Origin: Sphagnum compactum
Taxonomy: Eukaryota
Direction: 5' to 3'
Assembly: GCA_965153455.1 (NCBI GenBank)
Contig: OZ234493.1
Span: 22,310,213 to 22,374,212, forward strand
Length of the DNA stretch: 64,000 nucleotides
Position numbers and translations under genes: made by a program. Of the stretch, positions 1 to 12,625 are shown piece after piece; the first letter of the stretch is position 1; each line of letters begins with the position of its first letter. The notes under the pieces are model-generated. The model saw only the letters and a program-made list of their open reading frames with translations. It was not told where the DNA came from and searched no databases.

Positions 1-100
1 GTTGCAGAACAGGAGGACTATTGATGCATGAAATCATGCTGCAAAGTTTTTGGCAGTGTGGCATGAGCTGAGAAGGTAGGGTTATATGTGTGGAGCACAG

Positions 101-3100
101 ATGACTGTTAGGGACGCTCTCAATTCAGCAATTGATGAAGAAATGTCAGCTGACTCCAAAGTTTTTGTGATTGGTGAGGAGGTATGGAGTTTGCCTAAAC
201 TTTCTGTTCTCGGATGGAAAATAAAACACCTGCAATGCTGAAAGTGCTGAAGTGCTAAGATGGAAACAGTGGTTATCAAAGGCTAGTCTTGTAAAATTTG
301 TGCTTCAAACATGAAAATGTGCGGGAATGAATCTGATGGTCCAAACTGATGAAAGGAGTGCAATTGGATCAGATAAAGGACAATATGGCATCCTGTGTTT
401 GTTAATTTCGATTTTCCAAAATACAAGGAGCTCAATCTAATTGAGGGCTATGGAGATCATCAATAGTTCTCTGTTGTTATCTTGGGACACCAAGTCTTAA
501 CTGGTGAGTTTGTGGTATTTTGACAGGTTGGTGAATATCAAGGTGCTTATAAGGTACTTGTCTACTTGTGTGCTAGTTGCACTATGAGGGTCTTTGACTG
601 CATCCTCAGTATCTGGCACACTGCAATTTGTTCTCCCTGTATGAGCACCGTGTTGTTCCTTGCTTACAAGGGGAAATGTCTCCATTGGACTTGTACAGAT
701 TGCCATGTCATGACTGGCAATTTGGTGAGGATCTCTGTATATGAGTAAGCATGATAGGGACTCTGTCACACTATTCTCTAGTTTTATATGATTGCAGGTG
801 ACAAAGGGGCTTCTGCAGAAGTTTGGGCCTGACCGTGTGCTGGACACTCCAATTACAGAGGTTAGTGGTATTGAACATATGCAGGCAGAACATTCCAGTT
901 TATTGTTGTTGGGCCTCTAAGATTCTTGCTATATTTGTAAATGTTGCCTGTGTTGTTTGCACTTTACTCAGATTGTATCTTTTCCAAAGCCACATCATCT
1001 GAAAAGCTTATTTCAACATGATTTGTAGTGCAGCATGGAAATGTTCTGTCCCTACACCAACAAATCAAGATTTTAATCACTGTCTTCCTAATGCTAGATG
1101 TGTCAGATTTTCCTAAGTTCACTTTCTGATTTATGTCTCGGGTTTGAGGAATGATCAGGCTGGGTTCACAGGTCTTGGAGTTGGAGCAGCATTTCAGGGA
1201 CTGAAGCCCATAGTAGAGTTTATGACATTCAATTTTGCTATGCAGGTGTCTCATTGCCTTCTCTGGCCTTCTCTGTATCTCTCACTCACTGGCTTTGACT
1301 GTTCTTCCATGAATTTGTCCATCCCTCCATAACTGTCTGGGTTTTATGCTTGCATTTACTCCTTTCCTTTCCTTGATTCACCTAGTTTCTTCTTTCTCAT
1401 AATCAGGACCACTCTCGTTGCTTTGTGGGTGGATTTGACAGGCCATTGACCATATTATCAATTCTGCTGCAAAGACAAACTACATGTCAGGAGGCACAAT
1501 CAATGTTCCCGTAGTCTTCCGAGGTCCTAATGGAGCAGCTGCAGGTGTTGCTGCTCAGCATTCCCAGGTATGTTTTTGTCCCCACTGTGTTACACTCGTA
1601 GCTCTTGCTCCATGTAATTTTTTACTCAGGGAACACAAGGATATTGGCTAGCAAGTTTGGCCATTAGCCTTCAGTGAGCTAATTTTCCTTTGCTACCCTT
1701 TGTCTGTTACCCCATGGTTGTTCGGGAAATGGAAACTAGACATGTTAGAAATGATGCACAGATCAATTGGCACAGAGTCCAGATTCTGATGGAACGCTTG
1801 TTCTGGCAGTGCTTTGCAGCATGGTATGGACAGGTTCCAGGACTGAAAGTGCTAGTGCCCTACAATGCAGAGGATGCACGTGGGCTTCTGAAGGCTGCTA
1901 TCCGTGACCCAGACCCTGTTGTCTTCCTGGAAAATGAGCTAATGTATGCCACTTCTACTCTCCTTCAATTTGAAAATGTTTTCAGAATATTGCTAGAGCA
2001 GTCTGTGCGTAATGTCATGTTCCCATGAAGGGCATTGGTTTAATATTCTGTCCCTCAGGGTGTGGAACGAACTATGGGATTTCTCTTTTAATTATTGGCT
2101 GAAGCTCTTGCTGACAGGACAGATGGGAATTCTGCATTTCCATTGAACTCCCATGTGTTGAATGTCCAGATACCACAGTTTGTGGTACGCATGGTAAATA
2201 AACTTGTGGACTAATCTTTTGCTTCTGTGATCTTTTGAAGGTATGGAGAAACATTCCCTGTGTCCCCAGAAGTGCTTGACCCAAGCTTCACTCTCCCAAT
2301 TGGCCAGGCTAAGGTTAGATATTAAACCAAGATTCATGTTTTCTCTCCCTTTCATTTTTTTCTTTCCAGGTACGAATCTGCATTTATTGACAGGTCTGTG
2401 GGTGTGGTGTTAGACAATGTGGTTGGTCAGTTCTGGATGTAGTGAATGTATGTTATTAGTGCTTGTCTAAAAGTCCTCCTTTCTTCTCCCTGTTTTATTT
2501 CCTTTCTTTCTCTCTGTTGTCTGCTATATGCTTCAAGGATTTGTGAGCAAAACTTCTTTTTGCAGCAAATACTGGACCAAGGTCTGTCTGGCAACTGATT
2601 TGATTGTTTCTCAATGCAGGTTGAGAGGGAGGGGAAAGACATCACCATTACTGCTTTTTCTAAGATGGTTGGTTATGCGTTGAAGGTGTTGTACCAATCC
2701 TCGTTTGCCTTCCACAGTCTTGTACATCCAGGGGAATTTGTGAATTAGCTCAAGGTGTAAGGGCTGACAACTTCTTTCTGTTAGGACTCCTTCCTATGTG
2801 GAATGGCTAATTGATGATGCTGTCCTTGCAGGCTGCGGATGAACTAGCTAAAGAAGGCATCAGTGTGGAGGTACCAAGAATGCTGTTTTAGCATAATGTT
2901 TTATTTTGTAATTGAAAACTCTTGTTAGGAAGAGAATGTTGGGGAGTTGACCATTCCCTGGCTGCCAGCAGGGAACATACTGAGTAATTGTATTTCCCTA
3001 CGTCTTTTCTTTGCTGTCAGCATTCTATGTAATGTGGCTTGCAATGTTGATCTTGGTGATATAACCTTGTACCATGTGCAGGTCATCAATCTGCGGTCAA

Positions 3101-3910
3101 TTCGTCCCCTTGATAGAGCAACTATCAATGCATCAGTCCGTAAAACATCACGACTTCTGACACTTGAAGAAGGCTGGCCTCAGCATGGTGTTGGGGCTGA
3201 AATCTGGTAAATCCATGTCCTTCAGAAATCAGCAGAACCCCTTGATTTCCGCCTTTGAGATCCTCTCTCATGATTGCTACTGTATATATGGCTGTTGAAT
3301 CTTGGCTGCTTAGTTACCTACTTCTGTGTTTATGCTCCATTTGCCTGCCTGTGTGGCAGAACTACTAACAAGAATTCTATATTGTGGTGTTTTTAACTGA
3401 CCTTCATGAAGAAGGCACTGATGTAGATGCTCTTTCTCTGTGCCTGCAGTGCAAGTGTTGTAGAGGAGAGCTTTTACTATTTAGATGCCCCTGTGGAGCG
3501 AATTTGTGGCGCTGATGTACCAATGCCGTATGCTGCAAACCTTGAGCGCCTTGCTGTACCACAGGTAAGATTTATCTCATCTTCTTCCCTCTGCATAAGC
3601 TGGTTGTTGTATATCCCACAAAATGGTTGTTGGTCTTTTCCACAGCTGGCAGGCTTCAGCAATCCAAGCATCCTGAGTACAATATTAGTTTATTCTCTTC
3701 TTTGCTCATCTGTTTCTTTGTGATCAGTGCGTGTTTAGAAACACAGTGGATGCTAGAAGCAAGTGTTTTCAAAATGTTTTTCACCATCTTTCATGCTCCT
3801 TTCCAATCAGCCCCTGTAAATATGCATTGTTGCAGATTGAGGATGTAATTCGGGCTGTGCGGAGAGCTTGTCACCGAAGTTCTGCAGAGGATCAGAGGGA
3901 GGCAGCTTGA
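101..3910 (+). CDS. PDHB: Mitochondrial pyruvate dehydrogenase E1 beta subunit (5' exons upstream of window). Exons 101-181, 527-553, 798-860, 1159-1245, 1442-1567, 1810-1943, 2241-2313, 2620-2685, 2832-2870, 3082-3206, 3450-3564, 3836-3910
   Basis: GT-AG bounded exons join in frame: [131 protein letters not shown]; stop TGA at 3908-3910. Confidence 0.97.
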
Positions 3911-4996
3911 CATGTTTTGTTGAAACTACACCTGCTCATCTATTGAGGTCCAGCCTTACAACACGAACTAGAGGGATGATGATTGCAAATTGAAATCTTG
4001 TAATACATGTATTAGGTGTTGGGTAGTATGCTTGTTTCCGACATTGGAAATCTGGGCCTCATGTCATTTATATGCACGAAATACCTGGAAGAATTCTTGA
4101 GTTTTAAGAGTTTCACTTTGGAACCCTTTTCTCTTTGCTAGGTTTTTTCTTGTCAAAACTACGGGGGGCAAACAGTAGAGTGTTTAGAGTGCTTTTCTTT
4201 GAGATTTTGAAGCCTATAGGGAGAATGAAAAATAAGGAGAGAAAAAGGTGCAAGAGTTGTTTGGGAGCTTGTGTTCTACAAAACAATAAATTCTTTTCTG
4301 CAAGATCAAATTTTCTGTCCAGAATGTGATTTTTACTTTGAATAATGTTTGTGCTACCTTGCATTTTAGGGTTTCCTCCCAATGACTGGATTTGGGAGTC
4401 TCGGTTTTTTATTTATGACTTTGTTAGGCTTGATGGTGTCTGACATTCTGGTTGCTGTTGGATAACACTAGTAGAGGCACCCAAACAGGGGCTATGGATG
4501 GAGACACTCTTACTAGGTATTTCACATGGACACTAATTCTCATGCCCAGTGGTAATTGCACAAAAAATTTGTGTGTTAAAACGATCTTGCACTGATATCC
4601 TATATTGTAGATTGTGTTTTTGACAATGGGCTTTACTCCTACATCTGCAGAGCTAATTGGTTACAAAGGATGGGTGGTGCAAGGAACCATGAAATTGCAA
4701 AATGCCTCTGTAGACAGCAGCTCCATACAGTAGGGCATCCTATCATATTAGCCTCACTTGATTATTACAACAGGTAATGTCCTGCCACTCCATGCCTGCC
4801 CACCATGCTGGCTTGCATCCATCAATCATTATGCTACGAAAGCAGGGCATTACCATACACAGCAAACGACGCCTTTTTATTTCCCTGTGTACTTTGAGGG
4901 ATCTGTCCCAGGAGAAGAACCCTAGGCCCTTATACCAAGGGAAGATCCTCCTTTTTTTATATGTTCCCACATTCTCATAAAAAGACTAATTTATGT

Positions 4997-5210
4997 GGTT
5001 CCTGTACTGGGGAGTGGTTAATACTTGTGAGTTCTCTTGAGGTTCAGGAGGTTCCTGTACTCAGGAGTGGTTCGCACTTGTGAGTTCTCTTGAGGTTCAG
5101 GAAGGTTCCTGTACTGGGGAGTGGTTCATACTTGTGAGTTCTCTTGAGGTTTGTGAAGGTTCGTGTATTGGGGAGTGTTCATACTCCTGAGTTCTCTTGA
5201 GATTCGGGAA
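4997..5210. repeat. Tandem repeat, 53-54 bp unit, 4 copies
   Basis: Unit GGTTCCTGTACTGGGGAGTGGTTCATACTTGTGAGTTCTCTTGAGGTTCAGGA(A) starts at 4997, 5050, 5104 and 5158. Confidence 0.92.
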
Positions 5211-5858
5211 CATTCTTGGGTTCATGGCCTCAGGTGGCCCTCCCCTCAGTAGAAGCCACTTGTACAAAACCTCGCACACAACATTCCTCAAGAAAATTCT
5301 TGTCAAGAAAGAAGAAAAGAAGGGGAATTTAAAGAAACCCAACAACAAAAACTTTCCCCTGAAACCTCCTGCTAATATACACTTGAGTTAGTTAATCAAG
5401 TTTTTAGTACCCCCCATTTGGGTAGGTACAGGTGGGCTTTGGCTGGGTTAGTTAGTTGGCTTTGCTTGGAGGCAAAGCAAAGCAAAGCAAAGCAAAGAGA
5501 TGATTAGTTTCTTGAGTTGTTGGAGAACTTACTAATATAGCACACTGGCTTCTTTCTTCTTTCTTCTTCTCCTCTCCTCCTCCATTTCCAAGTCCTGTTC
5601 TGTTCTGCACCTAACTGTCTCAGGAGAACCAAAACACCTAAATTTTGATCATGCCAAAGATTAATAGACCTTCCAACACATGAGTGAGTCTTTATTAGCT
5701 TTTGATGCTGCACTGGCGCTGCTGCAAAAGATTTCCCGGAGTTGCTTGCTTGCTTGCTCGCTCATCAACGCTGGTGGAGAAGACTTTGATTATTATTTTA
5801 TAATATCTGCTTGAACAACATCTGATTATTTCAACTTTCATTGTAATTTTTTTTCTTA

Positions 5859-8367
5859 ATGGCATTGGCAGCGGGCCATTTACTACCGGCTGATATGGCG
5901 TCTACTGCAAGTCTGCATGGCAATGGATTTCCTGATGGACTACAGCTTGTGCATGGAAGTAATATTCTTGATCAGAGCGATTATCCTGGAAACCCGGGCA
6001 TCATTTTCTCTTCAGATGCCCTCAAACTCTCCACTCCTCACGCCGCATCTAATGCAGGCGAGCAGACGCTGCACGATGATGCTGATGCTGACCATTACGA
6101 TGCATTGAATGTCGGCAATGCCAATATGAATCAGGTACTTCGGATCTCTATGTTCGTTTCTTTGACATACACGTGGTAGATAGTCGATCATGCTGTACTG
6201 TTGTGCAGATCTTCTTGCTGAGCGATTTGCTCGGTTCTTTTGTACATATGGAATTATTGTCACTATAAACCTATCGAGAACTTGTCTCCAGGAGGTTGTA
6301 TTCATAGATAAGCTGCACTATTGTTGCTCATTGTTGTGACTAAAGTTTCCAACGGCAATGAAGATATAATTGCATGCTTTAGACGAGAAGATAGCACGGG
6401 GGAAACTACATTTGCAACAATTTTCTTATGTAGCAATGATCTTTGAAGTGTCTTGTGCCTCTCTGGAGTCGGCAGCAGGGTTATTGGTTGGTGAGAACGT
6501 CGTGGTGTTATTTGTTTGTGGATCTGTGCACGTGCTGTGTTTGTGTGAGACGCAGGGTAGTAGTCCTCATGCTGCGGCGACGCCGGGAACGCAAGCAAAA
6601 GTTGGATTGGAACTTCTTCCTGGCAACATTCTCTCATCCCTCACAGTCGAACTTTTTGGTTCCGCCGTCTCAGGTGTATAATATTGTTCTGAAGATTATA
6701 CTCTCAGTTGATCCCCGCATTGAAATTGTCTTAGAAAGAAGTCTGGATTTCTTGTGAATGCTGCACGTGCAACATCCTAAGGACAACAAGAGGAAGCGGT
6801 CTCGATAGAGGCCTAGAGACAGCAGAAGAAGAATCAAGTTCTTGGACATTTTGAGCGATCTTGGACATGACTTCATGACTTGAAATGTATGCATTTTGTT
6901 ATCACGAGATCCTTGAAAAGAGTTCTGACTTGAGATGTTGCTTTTCCAGATTCCGGCGTCGAGGGCCAAGAATCGGTGCAGTTTTTTGCGGTAAACGAGG
7001 TGCAAGATTCAGTGCAACCAGATGCGGAAGCGAAAGATCCAAGTTCCGCAGCACTAAACGAAGGAAGTGAGTGCGATGTTGCTGCATATTTTCCAGCTTC
7101 AAGGGGACATGATGCGCAGGCTCAAGCAGCGACGAAATCTGTTTCTACAACCGACCTTCACGCCCTTACAACTCCCTTGTCATCGCAACTTCCGCTGGTC
7201 CAACAAAATGCTGCAGCAAGCGACCAATGCAACAGGAAAGCTCATGCACCTGTTCACGCCCCCGCCGCGTGTACTCATGCAGTGGATTTAGCCCATGCCT
7301 TGCCTCCAGGCTGTGTTGTCCATCAAGCTCACGACTCTATCACCACCACCACACGGAGTATCTTCCAGAAGACCATCACTGGTGAATATCAGGAGCATGC
7401 AGCAGTGATCAGCAGTTGTTGCAGCCTCAGTCCACATCATAATCAAATCGCAAGTCAGAACGTCGACTCGGGAGCTGCTGCTGGATCCGCAGTGCCACTA
7501 CCTTTTCATCATCTTGCTAGTCTGCAACACAAACATATTAGCACGATCCCAGATAATCAGCAACGGGAGCGGCCTCAACAGCAGGCGTTGAGCGAGAGTG
7601 GCCCGCAGACAGCTGAGAGTCACATGATTGGGAACATATCGAGCACAAGCGGCGGAGCGACGATGGGGGGGATCGCAGTGGCTGGTGGCGCGCAGATGGA
7701 ACATCTACTTGCCCGCGTGAAACAAGAAAAGATTGCGTCTCGTGCTCGAGCCTGGGAGGAGAACGCAAAGTCCAAAGCTCTCAACCGGTATTCCATTTCC
7801 TTACAAGACTTCAAATACGATCTTCCGTGATTTGCACATTTGTGCGAATCTTATGTGTCGATGAATGACGTGTGCATCTGAGGGGTTGTCTGAGCTGTGC
7901 AGATATACACGGGATGAGACGAAAATAGCGGCCTGGGAAAACTCCATGAAGGCCAAAGCTGAAGCTCGGATGCGCAAACTTGAGGCAAGCTCAAGCTTTT
8001 GAATCCATCGTTTCGTCCTTTTCTTCTCTCGGCATTGAAAAGAACTGTTCGTAATTGAGGAGCTCTCAATCTTCTCTCAAGTGTTCAAAGTGATGTCAAT
8101 TCAATTATGACACGGAGGAGTTTGAGTTTGACATGCCGCAGTGGGTGTTGTATCGAATCTTGGCTGCAGGAAAAATTGGAGAAACAAAGAGCAATATATG
8201 TGGAGAAAATGAAGAACGCGGTAGCTGTCGCTCACAGAGCAGCGCAGGAGATGAGAGCAGCTACGGAAGCTCGTAAAGCGGAAGAAATCGTGAGGGCTAA
8301 TGACATTGCATCTCGCATCCGTGCCACTGGTCAAGTGCCGCGCAAATTCCTCTGTCTGCATGCCTAG
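5859..8367 (+). CDS. Remorin with long N-terminal region (~500 aa). Proposed exons 5859-6134, 6556-6673, 6950-7787, 7903-7984, 8170-8367; last intron is GC-AG
   Basis: C-terminal remorin signature: SRARAWEENAKSKALNRYTRDETKIAAWENSMKAKAEARMRKLEEKLEKQRA..EKMKN..AHRAAQEMRA..RIRATGQVPRKFLCLHA*. The two 5' exons rest on splice-site and phase compatibility only. Confidence 0.88.
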
Positions 8368-10675
8368 TTGAGTTCCTCAATTCCATCTTTTTCTCTCTCT
8401 CTCTCTGTGTCTCTGTCTCTCTCAACTTCTATTTCGTCTTTCGTTTTCTTTTGGATTGAACTTGTGAGCTTACTACAAGAAATATGTAGCATGTTCATAA
8501 ATCCTGTTTCCTCACCGGGGGTTTCTTTTTAGTATCGACACGCGCCAGAGCTGCACAGCATTCTTCACAGCAGAATTTTCTCAGAATGCCGGAGTGAAGT
8601 TCGTGAATGCTACAGCTCCTGGCCTGGATTTATTTACTTGTTTATTTCTTTAGAACTTCTGTTTCTTCATTTCCCAACTCTCGATACTACAGACCAAGTT
8701 CATCAATTATATGTAATGGTAATACAAGTCTCGTCTGTGCCCATGGTTTTTGCAAATACAGGAGCTTGATGTTCAAGTACCCAGCAGCTGAAAATGCACC
8801 CACTTGCATTTTCAGCTTGAAAATTGCTGGGTGAAATATATGGGTCTGCAACTTGAATGAATTGCAGGGAACTGAAAGACATAGATACAAATTGGATAGC
8901 ACCAGTTGTTAGAAGGCAAGAAATTTAAGTGGAAAGTCACCCTGTCTTTGGACCTAAGTTCGACCCCTCTAATCCCTGTTTCATCCCCAATCTGAGTGTA
9001 GCTGTGAAGTGAGAGAGTGAAATTGGGTACCATTTCAAGAAACTGGGTTTTAGGTTCACAAGATTTCCCTTTTCTCATTCCCACATGGCTTTGATTTAAT
9101 GAAGGCTAAGAGGCCAGCAGCATTGAAAGGTGCAGGTAAGGCAAATTCAGGGTGAAACTCCCATGACAATCAGCATCAAAACTGGTCTGGTCTCCTTTTT
9201 CTTTTCATGTGTATTGTTTTCATCTTGATTTTTTTCATTTCGTCCCTAGTTTTGGCAAATCTAGGCCCCAATCCCTCTCATTTGGGGTCCTTTACAAATA
9301 ATTGTAATTTGTCGTTGAATTTGTTATAATTATATAAGGGCTTCATGTTTAAACTAGGTTTAAATAAAATTTATTGAATTTTTAAGTAAAAGTGTTTGAA
9401 AATTACAAAATAGTTTGCAAGTAGATGAAATATTGGTTTCTTTCCATTGTCAAGTTAATGACATATATTAAAACATTGTGCATACGAACTTGAATCAACA
9501 TTTACATATTGTTTAATCAAAATATGTTCAAAATTCAAAATATAAAAATAGGTTGGAACATCATTTGCTTAGTTAGTTTCACGTGTAAGGTTTTCAAATT
9601 TGGCTTTCAACTCGAATGGAAGGGCTTTGCCATTTGGCTTTGCAACTCAATGGAAGAGCTCATGTTTTCATAATGAAACTTTAAAAGATTTTGAATTTCC
9701 TTTTTTTGTGTTTATGTTGAAAATGATCATATTTAAAGATGAAATGTTAATAAAATGTTATTTTTCTTTTATGTTTTATCATGCTTGCACTATTGGTTTA
9801 CCCTAGTTAATGTATGGGACAATTGAAGGTTTTTTTATATTTTGGTAGCAAGGTGTAGGGAATCATAAGATGATTAGATGGGCATGTTTTGATTGTAAGG
9901 GTATTGTTCCCATGTTGAGCTTAACAAAATGCAAAACGGTAAAAGCATGGTTAGGTGACTCATTTTTGAAAAGTTCACAACTTGAATTAGTTCAAATTTC
10001 TGTAATTACAATAATCATTAAATTATAATTTTTAAAAAAAATTATCGAATATGCTTTTGGTTAAACATATTGGTAGATCAACCTATAAATATCATTAAAC
10101 ATGCAATTGGTCAAAAAATTCATGAAAAGTTTTCAAGATTTCAATATGAACTGGATTATATTATGATAAAAAATGACAAAAATCATCGTAAATTAAAAAT
10201 TTTAAAATCATAATTTTTGGTAATGGCAAAGTTTCAATGCATTTTATTTATTTATTTATTTCATGGTAGTTTATTTCTTAATATTTATTTTGACATTACT
10301 ATGGCATAGCTTTTGAGTTCTAAGTGATGAATGCAATGTCATCATTTCAAAAGTTCATTATGAACCCATTCTTTTTTAAAAAAAACATTCATATTTTTCA
10401 ATATGATTCTCACTAAAATCTATTGCCACATGGACAATTTTTAAAATTACAATATTAATGTTGATTATGGCTTTATGTTTTAAGCTCATTTACAATCCAA
10501 AAAGCTACGATTGCTCAATTCAAATAATCCTCTTAACTATGCTTTCATTCAAAGTAAACTAATTTGTATAAAATTTGATTGTCGAAAACAAAATAATATA
10601 TAAAACTTGAAAAACAAAAAAAATAAAATGACAACATATCTTATAATTGTAAATCTGAATAAAAATATTAAGGGG

Positions 10676-11068
10676 CCAGGGTTTTTTTTCAGTTTTGTGG
10701 TATTGAAAATTTGGCAAATGTTTCCAAAAAAATAGCTAATTTAACTAGAAAAAAATCCCAATTTTGTATTGTGTTGTTTTAGGACCATGTATTGGAGGCG
10801 AATTTTTGCCAATTGGTGCATTGTTTTTCAAAATGATGAACAAGAAGTATTTTCTAGTTATTCTAAGATGTAACCATCCAATTTCGATTTTTAAAATTAA
10901 AAAATCACCAAATTTATATGGAATTCCAGTAAGTAGCCAACAATTATAAGACGACACTTAAATGTTTTTATTTTCATAAATTTTTTAACCTCTAGCAAAT
11001 TTGGCTAAATGGTCTTATGGATGATCACCACTTGGGTTACATCACAAAATTGAAAAAAGAAATACTGG
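10676..11068. mobile_element. MITE-like non-autonomous element with imperfect terminal inverted repeats
   Basis: Left end CCAGGG(T)nCAGTTTTGTGGT; right end ACATCACAAAATTGAAAAAAGAAATACTGG is its approximate reverse complement. Internal TTTGGCTAAAT..GATGATCACCACTTGGGTTACA is the reverse of a motif at 11404-11450. No clear TSD. Confidence 0.6.
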
Positions 11069-11376
11069 CCAACAAGCTCCAACCCATAACCTTCAAATTC
11101 CGGTTCATTACTGACCTCCTAGTTAACACAAGGTACCACCCTGGGCTCTCATTGGCCCAATGACTCCATAACCCTTCACAATTTGGATGAAAATTTCATA
11201 ACCACTACTCTCTACATGGATGAAAAGAGGGCATCCTCATTCCCACAAGCGATGGTTATGTCTGGTAACCAGCTCAAGCATGCTAGTTACCATGAATCGA
11301 TGAGACATTCTTGTCACTTACCTAGTCCATAACCTGAAACTGTACAACACTGGCTATGACCGGCTACCCTCCCCAC

Positions 11377-11696
11377 CAGTCTTTGTTTTAAGAATTTTTG
11401 TTTGTAGCCAAAGTGGCAAATGGGGATCATCCTCAGGAAGATTTAGCCAAATCTGGCTATAAACCAAATATGAAGTACCAAATTTTAATCATCCTTCTAA
11501 ATCTGTGGCTACACACTTTAAAGCCAAATATACAAATACATCAAATTCTACTTCTTTTTGCCCCCCTCACTCCTGGCGATTGAAAATCACTTTCATTTTC
11601 GAATTTTCGAATTTTTAATTTCTCTTGCAAAATTTCGGCAACCAAAAATATTTTTAAGAAAAAAATATATATAAAAAGAAAAGAAAAGAAAAGCTG
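11377..11696. repeat. Dispersed repeat related to the copies at 56705-57279 and (inverted) to 10676-11068
   Basis: TGTAGCCAAAGTGGC..GAAGATTTAGCCAAATCTGGCTATAAACCAAATATGAAGT..AAGCCAAATATA..CTGGCGATTGAAAA..TTCATTTTCGA recurs collinearly at ~57025-57240. Confidence 0.75.
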
Positions 11697-12625
11697 CTCC
11701 CGACTACCAGTCACCGACTTCAACATAAGAGAACCAACCGGTAATATACAGTCATCCAGTGACCGACCGGCACTTCCGGTAAGGGTGAACCGTTACGTCG
11801 TCATGATTACCGCTAGTGCAGACCATTTTACTGGTTGTTGGTAAATTGTTTTCACTGATTACGTTCCGGTAAGTTATAGTAACTGTAGTAACTGAATTTC
11901 TTGGCCGCTGTTCTTGCCCCTCTTCACATTCCTTTGTGCGTTGCTCGCCGCTGCGTCGCCCGCTGCCTTGTGCTTCGCTCCCTTGACCTCGCTGCTCCTC
12001 TCGCGCTTTCTCCCACACTGTCGCTCGCTTGCGCTCGGCGATTTTGAGATTAGAGAGAGGGCCTTGAAATTCCCATCATCCTTCCTTTCCGACCCATATC
12101 TCTAATTCTCTCGTATTGCTAAAGAATCGAGAGAGCTCGACAGGGACAGAGAAAGAGAAAGAGATATAGAGCAAGGCACACACACTCTCGAAAGTGTCGA
12201 GACTGGAGATAATGAAAAAATTGCCAGAAATATAAATTCTTGCATGAGCAAGAGAGGTGTGCATGAGTTGCGAGAATTCGTTGAGAACTCGTTCTCAAAC
12301 TTTTCTTGAGTTTCTTTGTGCAAGATGCCAGTTCGGAAGCTTGTCATTCATTCATCAAAGCAGCTAGCAAAAGCAGTTCAAGCAATAGCAGAATTCCTCG
12401 TGTCTTTTATATGATTAGAGTGCAAAACCCATGACGAGAGTTCAAACATGGCATTGACGTTCGTCTGTACAACGTAGCGAATCCATCTGCAAGAACCAGC
12501 AGCAGCAGCTAGAATCAATTCCGTTTTGTTGCAGGCTGAGTGTTGCAGCTGTACATGAGCAACTAGTGCAAAACCTCTGCAAGGTTGTTGAGAAACATAC
12601 GTACTCTCGAGAGGCAATTCGCATC

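Noticed and set aside
4997..5210. Regularly spaced repeats here (and at 49345-49612, 55448-55782, 56377-56527) as CRISPR-like arrays
   Set aside because: Units are contiguous tandem copies with no unique spacers, no cas-like ORFs are present, and the context is a plant nuclear genome.
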